Part shown: one piece after another, positions 49,599 through 61,307 of the stretch
Layout: every line of letters begins with the position of its first letter
Position numbering within the stretch: the first letter of the stretch is position 1
Source of the DNA: Octopus bimaculoides
Taxonomy: Eukaryota
DNA: 64,000 nucleotides
Direction: 5' to 3'
NCBI RefSeq assembly: GCF_001194135.2
Contig: NC_068983.1
Location: 112,680,271 to 112,744,270, forward strand
Position numbers and translations under genes: made by a program
Notes under the pieces: generated by a model
Database searches by the model: none
What the model was told of the DNA's origin: nothing
Seen by the model: the letters and a program-made list of their open reading frames with translations, nothing else

Positions 49599-52458
49599 TA
49601 CTTCTATGCCTTTTAACACTGTATCTCTATACAAGATACTTTCTCAGTTTTGTTGCTTTTTACAGTATATCCACATTAAGTAAGATATACAGAAAGAGAT
49701 TTTGAACCAATGCTGATTCCACTGCTCGCAATGAAACTTTGGTTTTACGTTTGTTTCCAAGCTGTAATGCAATCACCAGTTGTTATATATTCTCTACAGC
49801 TCCTTTGTTTGCTCAAGAGGAATATTCTGATATCTGGACAACTCATGTTGTAATATCTCAAGCCAGTGGATCGCTAAGTAGTCAGAAAACCTTGATTACT
49901 ACTTTCTGTTCCACTCCCTTTCTCTTACTATTTATAAAGATGTCAATGAAATATAATAAGAACCCATGTTTGTTTCATTTCAATTCTTAAAGTAATTTGA
50001 TAATTCCCTGATATTATTGAGTATAATTCTGTTATAAATCCACTACAAATAAATCTGAACTGACAGACAAAAGTAGTCAACATCAAATATAATTACATTC
50101 AATTGGGAGGAAAAAATCAACAACAGAACCATCAGCAACAGTAATAAAACAGACAGAACGATCAGATTTTATTCTCATACAAATAAGTGTTTACATTTCA
50201 AAATTTGATCTGATTTGTAGTCACTAGATCCAAAATGAGAAAGTGGGTTAAATAACGGGAAATGGTTGGAATAAACTCACAAAGTTGTTGTTGTAATTTG
50301 AGAATTATAAAGAGATAAAAATAATACCAAAATAAAATATAGCAAAAACAAAACTACTAAATAGCAGTGTATGGGTTATAATGAAATTGGAACTAGAAAG
50401 AAAGCAACACAGGTAATATATAAAGTTCTGACACAGTGGAGGAAATGAATAAAGAATTAAAGAAAAGAAAATATAAAAAAAGCAATTGAAATGATCAAAT
50501 GCCATTTAGCTTGAAGTATGAATACTGAAGAAAGTTAATAAAACACAATCCCAAAGCTGTAACCAAGATGATTGTAAGATAGATTATATCATAAAAACAA
50601 CAAGGATTTTTAAAGCATTGGAAGGTATTTCCTGTGACAGTGATGTATTCTCTTGTGATACACTTCAGTAATTAAACACTGATGTGATAATATTCCTTCT
50701 TCTTCAAAACTATTAAAGTCATTCTGAGTTTACTGAAATTTTGGACTGCATTTGATTCTAATGTCAACAAGTTTATTGGTGCAATTCCTGTATGGTTCAA
50801 GGAAATATTGACAAACCAATCAAGTGTCTGGACAACTTATTTATTACAGTATCACCACCCACATTTATGATATTACTTAGAGTTTAAATGAGACATTCTG
50901 TTTTATATACAGTGGGCAAATAATGTTTTAGAATTTTTCTCTCTTTGCAATTGTTATAGTTAAGAAACCCTTGTCAAGATTTATTGGAAAGCAAAATATT
51001 CCTTGTTACATGAAAAGAAAATCAAATGGTTTTCAATGTTTTTGTAATCAAATAATTTCTATCCTCATTAAGTATTCCTGCTGAATTATTGAATTAATGG
51101 ATTTGAACAGCTCATGTCTAATTTCCTGGAAGTGTTCCATAAAAAGGGTAGCAAATTCTAAAGCCAAACAGTTTGAGAAAATGTCACTTCTTAAAAATAA
51201 AATCATAGACAATACTTGAACATAAAATCAAACTATACTAAAAATACCAATGTGATTAATTGTAAAATTTTCACTTACCAACACACTAAAACCATTAAGC
51301 CATTGACATGCAATATCCTCTCTCTGACTTCTGTTACTACTTGCACTGTTTCACGTTCTTCTGAAATAGTAGACTGGACTTCCATTGGCTAAGCTCACAC
51401 AATACCTGATCTCTATCTCTTCTTACAATGTCTGCTATGTAGGACTCTATGAACTACATTGATTACAGATATGCTACTTATATGTTCTACTCATATTTCA
51501 ATACAGTCATTAGCCTACAATGAAACACATACTGTATATCAACTGTTTCAAATGCACCAACTTTGAGAGGAATTGCAAGAAAATTTCCTTTCTCTTCTGA
51601 CTAAATTATTTAGAGAATAAAATTACTCTGTATAACTTCTATTTTATAATTTAGTCTTGCATTATTATTAATGTTTAAAACCAATATCATAAAATGATAA
51701 AACAAATTTGACATTTTCAGAATCTCAACTCAGAACTGTAATTTTCTGGAAAAAAACCTCAATGTCAATTTAGAAAGTTAATTATGTAGTCTTTATTTGA
51801 AATTTTACCCATGAACCTCTATTTTACTTTTTACACGACATTTTTTAATGTAGTTGCAATGAAAAGATTAGGTAGTAATTTGAGCTGAATAGATAATGAA
51901 AAGAAATATGATGTCAGTGACAGGGTTTTGTGGTTGTAGTGGAATGAGTAAAACAGTTTTCTTAAATTCAGTGTGAAATATTGGGATATTTGCTTATATA
52001 TATGCAGAAAAGGTAATCTATTATGCTATGTTTCTTTCAATGAAAGGTTACAGTTAATATTTGGTGTTATACTGAGGAAGACAATATTAATATAGGAGAT
52101 GAGAAGTAGCAGTGTGAGAAACCTCTGAACAGTAGTTCAGCAATAAACATATGTTGAACCTATGCAAAACATGAATACCTCATACAGAACAATTTACTCC
52201 CTTTTTGGTAGTAATACACCCATCATATCTTATCCACAAGTTCCCCACCACCACCAAATGTCATCTACCTCCAATACAAATTCAAACTTGGTGAGGCTTG
52301 AAGCAACTATAAATGTAGGAGGACACTTGTTTAAGAATTACATTGAGGGTTTTGTAAAAACTGAAACATTTGCTTTTTAAATTATTTTGCGGCACCTACA
52401 GATCGAGAAATCCTAAGCTGTAGTTTTTTAGCTTATTTCTGAATAATGTACTGTCTAC

Positions 52459-52524
52459 CTGATTTGTAAGTCTTCATTCACACTGGTGGCAATAAATTCA
52501 TCTTTTACAAGAAATGTATACAAA
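52459..52524 (-). CDS. candidate coding exon (LYTFLVKDEFIATSVNEDLQI)
   Basis: ttgtttatctctctttacag acceptor, ag|gtagac donor, 66 nt, and only one open frame (phase 2-2). Confidence 0.45.
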
Positions 52525-53008
52525 CTGTAAAGAGAGATAAACAAATTAATCAGAATTTGAACAATACACTACTCTCTAAAGACAAGAAAACTGATTTTAT
52601 ATGATATAATGTAAATAATATATCAAGTTGTGAAGGACCTTTAATAACTTGATTTAGGTCAGGTCTCATGGCATTAGCAGTTGAGAAACAAATCCTCCTA
52701 GCTATCCCATGTAACATTTACAGATGTTCAAATACCTAGTCTCAAGTGCTAGGTGTACATAGTTGAATGGAACAAATATGTTACACATATAACATGTTAA
52801 AATCAAATGGTAAAAGGATTAACTTCTGTGAAGCTATATTTCGAAAACCATAATTTCAAAAGGATATCATTAAACTATAATCTTTCAATATCATAATCTC
52901 AACATAAAATTACAGAAATTTATCTTGTTGATGTAATAAATTTCATGTTATGCTCACTTAAGCTGATGTATATAATATTATAGCAATAGAGAGAAGAGAA
53001 AAGCAGAC

Positions 53009-53131
53009 CATCTGTTTTCTTATTTAGAATTTCAGACCACCAGTTATCAGTCCTTTCTGCATATTTGGTTGTCATAGCAATGGTTTCTATTCTTGTGACC
53101 TTGCTGGAAGAATCAACCTTCAATATGAATC
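53009..53131 (-). CDS. candidate coding exon ((G)FILKVDSSSKVTRIETIAMTTKYAERTDNWWSEILNKKTD)
   Basis: ccttttactagctacag acceptor and 40 open codons; the phase-1 start matches exon 59782-59830. The donor is uncertain (gtctgc, or gtgagc at 52957). Confidence 0.45.
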
Positions 53132-53775
53132 CTGTAGCTAGTAAAAGGTATAATTATATTGCAAACTTTTAATTAATTTATCAATACTTTACTCATTCTT
53201 TCTTTAATCACACTTTTCATTTCTGTGAATTTATTAAAAAAACATGTCTTTGTGACCAAGATGTCTTGGTAAAAATATTTTGCATTGATATGGAGAAGTT
53301 TTAGAATTATGATATAATAAATTACACATGAATGTTCCATGCACATTTACCCTCCAACTTCTTGATAAATTTAAATACAACATAATTGAATTAACCCCAT
53401 GCTGTTACCCTAACAACTCAATCTTAGATTTTCTAAAGTAACTTAGAGACACTGTTCAACCTACACAAGTTCAAAGTATGAAGTCAAATGCATTTGATGT
53501 CGGCTTAACTTCCAGATAAATTACAAAATCTTAAATCTAAAAACATTCACTTACCCTGGTAGTTCATAAATTTGACACTCAAGTTGAACTGTGTTTAGTA
53601 TTTATCTATCTATCTGTCTGTCTGTCTATCTATCTAACCATCTATCTATCAACCATCTATCTATATATATGTGTGTGTGTGTGTGTGTATGTGCGCGCGT
53701 ATATATATATATATAATAATGTGTTTTTTTTATACTTCTTTTATTTTTTAAAATTAAGATAAACAAAGATCTTTT

Positions 53776-54212
53776 TTAATCTAAAATATACTCTCCTTCA
53801 TTTTCTACGGTGCCTTTCCATCTACCTGGTAGACTTGCAAGGTCTCTCTTCCATAAGTCACTTGTTTGTAACGAAAAATGCTCTTCCAGTACTGTTCTGA
53901 CCTCATCTACAGAATTCATATTTTTTCCAACTAAATGATTTTGAAGACTGCGGAATAAATGATATAATCAGATGACACAATTTCCAGTGAATATGGTGGG
54001 TAGAACATCGCTTCCCATTCAGACAGCTCCAGCCTTTGAAGTAACATCCTTGCTGTGTGTGGCTGAGCATTACCCTGATGGAAGAACACCTTTCATCTTG
54101 ATATCAAAGATGGTTGTTTTTCTTCTCATGCTGGCTTAAGCTGCTCAAGTTACTCATAGTAGATCTCCTTTGTTATCATTTGGTTTGGATCTAAAAGTTC
54201 AAAGTGGACTAA
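53776..54212 (-). mobile_element. mariner transposase C-terminal fragment
   Basis: LVHFELLDPN...VFFHQGNAQPHTA...PPYSLEIVSSDY/HLFRSLQNHL...GRWKGTVENEGEYILD*. Confidence 0.8.
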
Positions 54213-54249
54213 ACATATGCGTGGAAGAAGGACGTTAAATGATGATGAT

Positions 54250-54553
54250 GAAGGGGGTGTATGGCTTAGTGGTTAATGCATTACACTCACAATTGCGAGA
54301 TCATGGTTTCAATAACCAGACTGGGTGGTGAGCTGTGTTCTTGAGCAAAGCACTTCATCAAATGTTGCTCTGTGATCACTTTGATACCTGACGTGTGGTA
54401 TACACCATGCTCCTATTCAGATAACATCAATTTAATAGAGAGCATGAACTAATGTGTGGCATGCACATTTGATCACTATGAACAAATCATTTGTGCCGGT
54501 CGTTCGGCTAAAGCTGAACACTCATACATCATATTCGATGGAAGAGTCCATCA
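54250..54553 (+). mobile_element. old tRNA-derived SINE (CORE-like)
   Basis: tggcttagtggtt A box, ggtttcaataacc degenerate B box, gtgttcttgagcaaagcacttc. Confidence 0.6.
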
Positions 54554-54730
54554 TATATATATATATATATATATATAAATATATAAAATTAATTGTGACA
54601 GAAGTAGTATTAATACCAAAAGGTAATGTTTATCCCTGCTTAAAATGTGGATGTTGTGTTAGAACACAGAATACCGTGATAGTTACCATGAGAGAACCTC
54701 ATGTGATTCCAGTTTTTATTGGCCTTGTCG

Positions 54731-54826
54731 CCACAAGTCCATATGCACCACAAGTCCATATTCACTGCAAGTCCATATGCACTGCAAGTCTATATGCACT
54801 GCAAGTCCATATGCACTGCAAATCCA
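54731..54826. repeat. 17-bp minisatellite (ctgcaagtccatatgca) x5.6
   Basis: Units start at 54731, 54748, 54765, 54782, 54799 and 54816. Confidence 0.95.
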
Positions 54827-55777
54827 GATTGTTTGTATGCATGTATGTATAAATGTATGTGTGTAAGTATATCAACATGAAAATAAATCTTTCTGTATAT
54901 TGTTTCTGTAGAGTTAAAGTGTGAGTGAAATGAACAGGAAAATGTCAAATGCTTGTGAGAATATTTGAATGACCAATAACTATTTTGCAAAGGTGTAAAT
55001 AATGATATCTTGTGATTATTAATGACAATGCATTTCATAGCAAATGGATATAATTTGTTTATGAGATGGTAGATGTGTGGAGAAGACTCAACATAATAAC
55101 TGTCAGATTTTATATACACATGTTTTTGTATTAGTGTGTATGTGTGCATGTAGATGGGTTTATCTAATGTTACATCTTACAATAATTCTGCTTGTTTCTC
55201 CGTTACTTAGCCTGTCCATAACACTTCCACATGATTAGTTGAAGGAGAGATAGGGGAGAGGAGAGAGAAGAGAGGAGAGGAGAAATGGGTTGATAGGGGG
55301 AGATAGAGAGGGGGAGATAGGGAGGAGAGAGATGATAATGTTGATAATGTGGTAAGTGAAATGCATAATTTATCTAAGTTTTTTTGCCTCAGTTACTTAA
55401 CCCATCTGTAAACCTTTCACATAATTAGTTGAAGAGAAAGGTGAAGAGTGAAAGGAAAAGGAGCGAAAAAGAGGGTAAGGTAAAGAATGAGAGAGAAAGC
55501 AGGAGACTGTTATGTATTAAGTCTATAAAATTGTGCATAAAGTATATATATATATATATATATATAAAGGGCATTAAATAATCATTGTATTCCAATTTCC
55601 TTCTCTTTCCAGTGAGTAGCAGATGAGTGACTATCTTTTGATACAGACACAACACAGGGTACGCTTTCAGGTCTTTTGGATAAAGTTTTCAGAAATAACC
55701 CAATAAGTTTACCATTAATTCCATGAAATACTCACGGGTTCCACTAGTAAATTACTATTATATATGTATGGATAATA

Positions 55778-56236
55778 TCATCATCAACATTATCATCATT
55801 TAACATCTGTTGTCCATGCTGGCATGGGTTGGATGGTTTGAATGGGCTGGCACACTGGAAGGCTGTGCCAGGCTCCAGTCTGATTTGGCATGGTTTTCTA
55901 CGGCTGGATGCCCTTCCTAACGCCAACTACTCAGAGAGTGTAATGGGTATTTTTACATGTCACTAGCATGGGTGCCATATGCGTGACACCAGTATCTGCC
56001 ATGACTGTGACTTTGCTCGGCTTGATGGGCCTTCTCAAGTATGGCATAATGCCAAAGGTCTTGGTCATTGCCTCCCGTGAGGCCCAACACTCAAAAGAAA
56101 CTTGGCTACTTAGCCCCCATGGGGCCCAATGCTCAAAAGGAATCAGTCACCTTGTGTTTGTGAAGCCCAACACTCGAAAGGAATTCAGCCACTTGCCTCC
56201 ATGAGGCCCAGCACTCCAAAGGAACTCAGCCACTTT
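55778..56236 (-). mobile_element. retroposon family C with a 5' array of four ~41-bp units
   Basis: (CAT)n tail at about 55778; body homologous to 23251-23573; tandem units start at 56070, 56113, 56154 and 56195. Confidence 0.75.
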
Positions 56237-56764
56237 CCTCTTTACATGAAAATAATTGTATACTATGTATTGTAAGTACAAAAGATATTAATTTCGTACA
56301 TGTGAATTATAATAAGGTGGTGAGGCACATGATTCATTTGATACAGATTTATTACTATATGATTTAAGTTAATTTATTTATGTGTGAGGGAGAAATAGTG
56401 CTTGTGGCTTTTTTTAAGTCCACAAGAATTATTGTATAGTGAATTGGGATTACAGCATTTTACCAATGTTAAATTACTCCTATAGAACAATCTTTACAAC
56501 AATAGCTCCCGTCCTCCTTTGCAACTCACAAATGACAGCGATAAACATGAAATTCACTAATATATGGAACTTATAGATCTAAAATATATATCAGTAACAA
56601 CTGTTATTAAGAAATATCATATAGAAATATTTAGATAACATATAATTCTGTGATGATATCCTCAGGAAAAACGATAGTCATATTATTGTTAATATATCTA
56701 ATGCTATGACTTTTAAAAGTTAAATAGATAGGATTATGCATTCTGCATAACTATGTCTTTTATC

Positions 56765-57147
56765 TTTTCCTTTTTACTTGTTTCAGTCATTAATTAGACT
56801 TGAAGAATAGTAATTGAATGAATCGACCCTAGCACTTATATATTAAGCCTGATACTTATCCTATCAGTTTCTTTTGCTGAACTGCTAAGTTAGGGGATAT
56901 AAATACACCAACACTGGTTGTCAAGTGGTTGGGTGTGGACAAAAACAAACACAAACACGCCCACCCATACACACACACATATATGATAGTCTTCTTTTAG
57001 TTTTCATTTACTAAATCCACTCACAAGGCTTTGATTGGTCTGATGCTATAGATGAAGACACTTGCCCAAGATACCATGCAGTAGAACTGAACCTGGAGCC
57101 ATGTGATTGGAAAGCATACCTTTTACTACCACACAGCCACACCTGTA
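56765..57147 (-). mobile_element. older full-length SINE family B
   Basis: ttttacttgtttcagtcat ... aaatccactcacaaggc ... cacttgcccaag ... ccacacagccac. Confidence 0.8.
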
Positions 57148-57669
57148 ACTATTGCCTATGTAACTTTTTAATTATGTTGTATAGAAATGTTTTGTAACAT
57201 GCTGAAAAGACTTTAGTTATCACTTGGACTCACTTTTACACATTCTCGACCAGTCTTGGGCAAACTGTAGCCTCTAGGACTTTCTTAATGGCACAACTAA
57301 TGAAGAATTACTTTGAAGTTTTTAGTAGTGTGATCTACCAGATGATGAGCACTGTCTCATGTGGCCCACGTCTTGACAAAGATTTCCCATGCCTCCTCTA
57401 GACTCTTCCATTCATATTCCTTTACTATATCTCTAGACAATTCTATCAAATAATTACTACTTTGGAAATTCACTTCCTTCACTTTTTAAAGTCATCAATA
57501 ATTACTCACCTGATAACTAGAATAAAACAGGTGAGTGAAAGAGACCTAATTTTTAAACTCTTCCTGCAATAGTTCTGGAAAATGCCAAAACTTTATATAA
57601 TCATCAAATGCATGCAATTAAAGAAATACCAATGTTGACAGGTTTCGTTAAGATTGAGAGCATATCATT

Positions 57670-57867
57670 GTCAGAAATTATGTGGGGAGTGGGAGTAGTT
57701 GATACCATCAAACTTAGTACTTGACTGGTACCTCATTTTATAAATCCTACAGAGACGTAAGACAAAGTTGACTTTGGGAGATTTCAACTCCCACTATAAA
57801 GAGCCAGAATAAATACAACAAAGTATTTTTACCAATACTCTAACAATTCTGTCAGCTTGGTGCCTTA
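57670..57867 (-). mobile_element. old SINE family A
   Basis: gactggtacc...gacaaagttgactttgggagatttcaactc...aacaattctgtcagcttggtgcctt. Confidence 0.6.
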
Positions 57868-59781
57868 TCATGAACTTCATATATATAACATAAACCAAAA
57901 CTTTCACACCTTTGTGCTGGAGAACTGCATTATGATAAAATGTCTGCTTTGGTATGGGGCCTATGGCTAAATGCCCTTCCTCTTACCAACCACTTTACAG
58001 AGTGTACTGAGTACTTTTTCAAGGCACTAGCATTATTGAAATCACCATTCAGCATTCTAGTCTAAAATCTCCTTCATATGAGTAGAGCTACAATAGAGAG
58101 GGAGGCAGATATATGTTAGGAGATGAAAAGTTAAAATATAAAAGAAGAGACCAAAACAGAGCAGATTTCATATTGTAGAGCAGTTACATGATTACTAACA
58201 TTATAGAAGAAAAAGGGATGTTTATATAATGGATATCAAAGAACTTGTCTCGTGTGTAATTTTCAGATAAGAATTATAACATTTTGAGTACATTACAACA
58301 AGTCTCATTTTTCTTTGCTTTTCTCTTTAATTTTTCATGTCAAAAGAAATTGAAATTATTTTGTTTTCTGAAAGGATTTCCTAAAAATTATTTCTGCATT
58401 GCACTTCTTTGTTTAATTGTAAAGAAAAGAAATAAAACAAAGAACATTCATTAATCTACATCTTCACACCTCTCTGTCTTATCATGCACAATATTACATC
58501 GTAGCTAATACATCTGTTTAATCTGGGCATTCATGCAAGCAATATTACAATATTCCACAATTCTGTTACAAAAATTAACCAAATAAAAACAAATCCATGT
58601 TGAATTGAGATTCTTGCAATAAACATAACATTAATGGTAATCCTTGTAATTCCAGCTGGAAATTATTTCTTTAATAAAGTAGCTGTGCACAAAATCTTTT
58701 CTTATCTGTAACATATAATGGTATACATAAAAAAACAAATACCTACATAAACTCACAGATTTGAATGTTTCACAAAATCAATTACTTTTATACAATTTTT
58801 TTCTCCTTTGCTTTCTCATTATCAGTGAGCCATATGCAACTGAATATAAAGAAAACTAAATTTGAAAACTTACATAAAAGACCAAAACTTCAGTCCAGGT
58901 AAACAAGAAGAAAAAAAGAAAAGACAATACTATGACTGGTGCAAGAAGCACTTCCCAGTATATAAACATCTTATATAGCTGTATGGACACATTAAAACAT
59001 TGAATTCTTTATTCTGTCACATTTTATATTGGTTGATCTTGAAAAGCCAAATAATCACAATGAACGATGCTTCAAAATATCTGCCAGAAGAATTACTTTC
59101 TTATTTGCTGTTATAAAAGGAAAACATCAACACCAAAGTGATCTCTATAAAACATTAAAAATCTACTTAATGTTCTCCAACAAAACGGTTACTTTGAACT
59201 TTGTCTGAATTTCTGGGAAATTATCATAGTTAGACATTGATTTATTTAGATGCAAGTACTATTGAGTCATGTAAACTCAATAACACTTTCACTGTAGCCT
59301 AGACAATGAGGAACAATTTTCCTATTGACTCAATCTGCAAAAAATAACAACCAAATCTTTCCTAAACAGTGCGATTTTGGATGATGTGTTGAATAGAACA
59401 ATGACCTGGGGTTGAACTACTACAATCAAAGTTTGCTCAAATATGGAGAAATTTAAACAGCGAAACCAATGCCATCTGCACTGATTAGCATTTTACATGG
59501 TAAATGCCCTTTGTGTCTCATATTTACTAAGGTAAATCTAGTTGGAGTAACTGAACCAAAAGTGAGCAACACAGAGAAATGGTAGAGAGGACAACAAAAT
59601 AACTTCCTCTTTTTAGTCATATTCTTTTTTGTTCTGAATTGAGATCATGTTGAGGCCATCTTTGCTTTCACCTTCCTTGTGTAATAAAATAAATATCTGT
59701 TTAGTACCGTGATTTATCTTAATCAAACATAATCTGTACCAAACTTTGAGATAATATGCATATATTAGAAATAATTATTAC

Positions 59782-59830
59782 CTGTGAGGTGCTCTTTGAA
59801 AACAGAGTTAAATGAAGTATGGTAACTCAC
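59782..59830 (-). CDS. candidate 49-nt exon (VSYHTSFNSVFKEHLT) beginning with GTGAGT
   Basis: Strong acceptor ttttcttttacttttgcag and donor cag|gtaata; only one open frame, ending in phase 1. Confidence 0.5.
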
Positions 59831-60689
59831 CTGCAAAAGTAAAAGAAAATTTATTAATAATTATATTGTTTTATATTTTAAAATTTGCAGTAAATTGAAC
59901 CATTTAAAATAAATATCTTACAGTTGAGAGTGTTTTGACATTTAAATGTAACAGTCTCCAACTATACAATGTAAATTAATATATAGATTTTAAATATATA
60001 AATTTATATAAGTTATATATAAAACCAGCTTGTAATACTGTTTCATCTGATGATCCATAGTCGTTTGTTCCAAGTAATTTAGTGATGGTCAATGCCATAA
60101 ATTTCATTAATTATACCTCAAACCTCATTATTTCTGCAACAACTCAGATCAACATTATTAAAATTATCCTGATCAAGCTCTTGTAAAACAAGTTTTCAAA
60201 TATTTGTCAGGATTTCAGCATAATTAGTGTTAAAATATTTTATGGATTTCAAAGACATTTTATCTACAAGCAGATTAATAAAACTTTCCAATATTTAGCA
60301 TCTTAGTGAAAATTAACAAACAATTGAAAGAACAAAGAACTGACACTCATTCCCTGTGGAATATCAAAAGTATTATTCTTTAATAGATCAAGTTGAGGGG
60401 AAAAAATTGACTTAACTGATAACATTTTTGATCTGAGAGCTGAACTGATTAGATCATAAAATATGAGAGTAGATTAGGTGATGTTTACAGAAATCAAACT
60501 GGACAGATTTGCAAGTCATTTATTTTTCATGTTACTACATTGACTTATATTATATCTGATAAAAAGGAGTATAAAATGCAAAAAAAAAACATAATCTATA
60601 ATTGTTTATTAGGCATGAATATGGACATTTCCTTGAGATACTTTTTTTTTATGTTTTGAAGAGAAAATTATACATTGAACAGAAAGAAG

Positions 60690-60913
60690 TCAATCCATTG
60701 TAACCAGCAGCACTTTTTCAAAATAGTCAATAGGTAATTAATTCTAAGTAGAGTACTCCTTGGGACTATTTACTCTTTGTTATAACTCCCTCAAACATGT
60801 CCTCATTTATGTGAACAGTCATTTTGACTTGCTATGCTGATGATACAAAAGTATCAAAGGCAAACAAAAGTCCCACCAATGTATAAAGAAAAGAAAACCT
60901 CCAGAAATATTTC
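60690..60913 (+). mobile_element. CR1/L2-type RT remnant (YADDTK), interrupted by a family E SINE
   Basis: tgctatgctgatgatacaaaagta = CYADDTKV, followed by ...NLQKYF. Confidence 0.55.
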
Positions 60914-60923
60914 TAAGCTATAT

Positions 60924-61307
60924 TGTTGGCACACCGTCGCTTACGACGTCGAGGGTTCCAGTTGATCCGATCAACGGAAGAGCCTGCTCGTGAAATTAAC
61001 GTGCAAGTGGCTGAGCACTCCACAGACACGTGTACCCTTAACGTAGTTCTCGGGGATATTCAGCGTGACACAGTGTGACAAGTCTGACCCTTTGAATTAC
61101 AGGCACAACAGAAACAGGAAGTAAGACTGAGAGAAGGTTGTGGTGAAAGAGTACAGCAGTGTTCGCCACCATCCCCTACCAGAGCCTCGTGGAGCTTTAG
61201 GTGTTTTCACTCAATAAACACTCACAACACCCGGTCTGGGAATCGAAACTGCGATCCTATGACCGCGAGTCCGCTGCCCTAACCACTGGGCCATTACACC
61301 TTCACTT
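60924..61307 (-). mobile_element. full-length SINE family E
   Basis: Reverse-complement homologue of 11261-11655; 10-bp TSD taagctatat at 60914-60923 and 61308-61317. Confidence 0.9.

Noticed and set aside
51279-51389. Open minus frame PMEVQSTISEERETVQVVTEVRERILHVNGLMVLVC ending at gtaagt
   Set aside because: Weak acceptor, and phases do not fit the neighbouring candidate exons; left unresolved.
60240-60500. IPQGMSVSSLFF motif on the minus strand suggesting a LINE RT
   Set aside because: A single degenerate motif, insufficient for a feature call.
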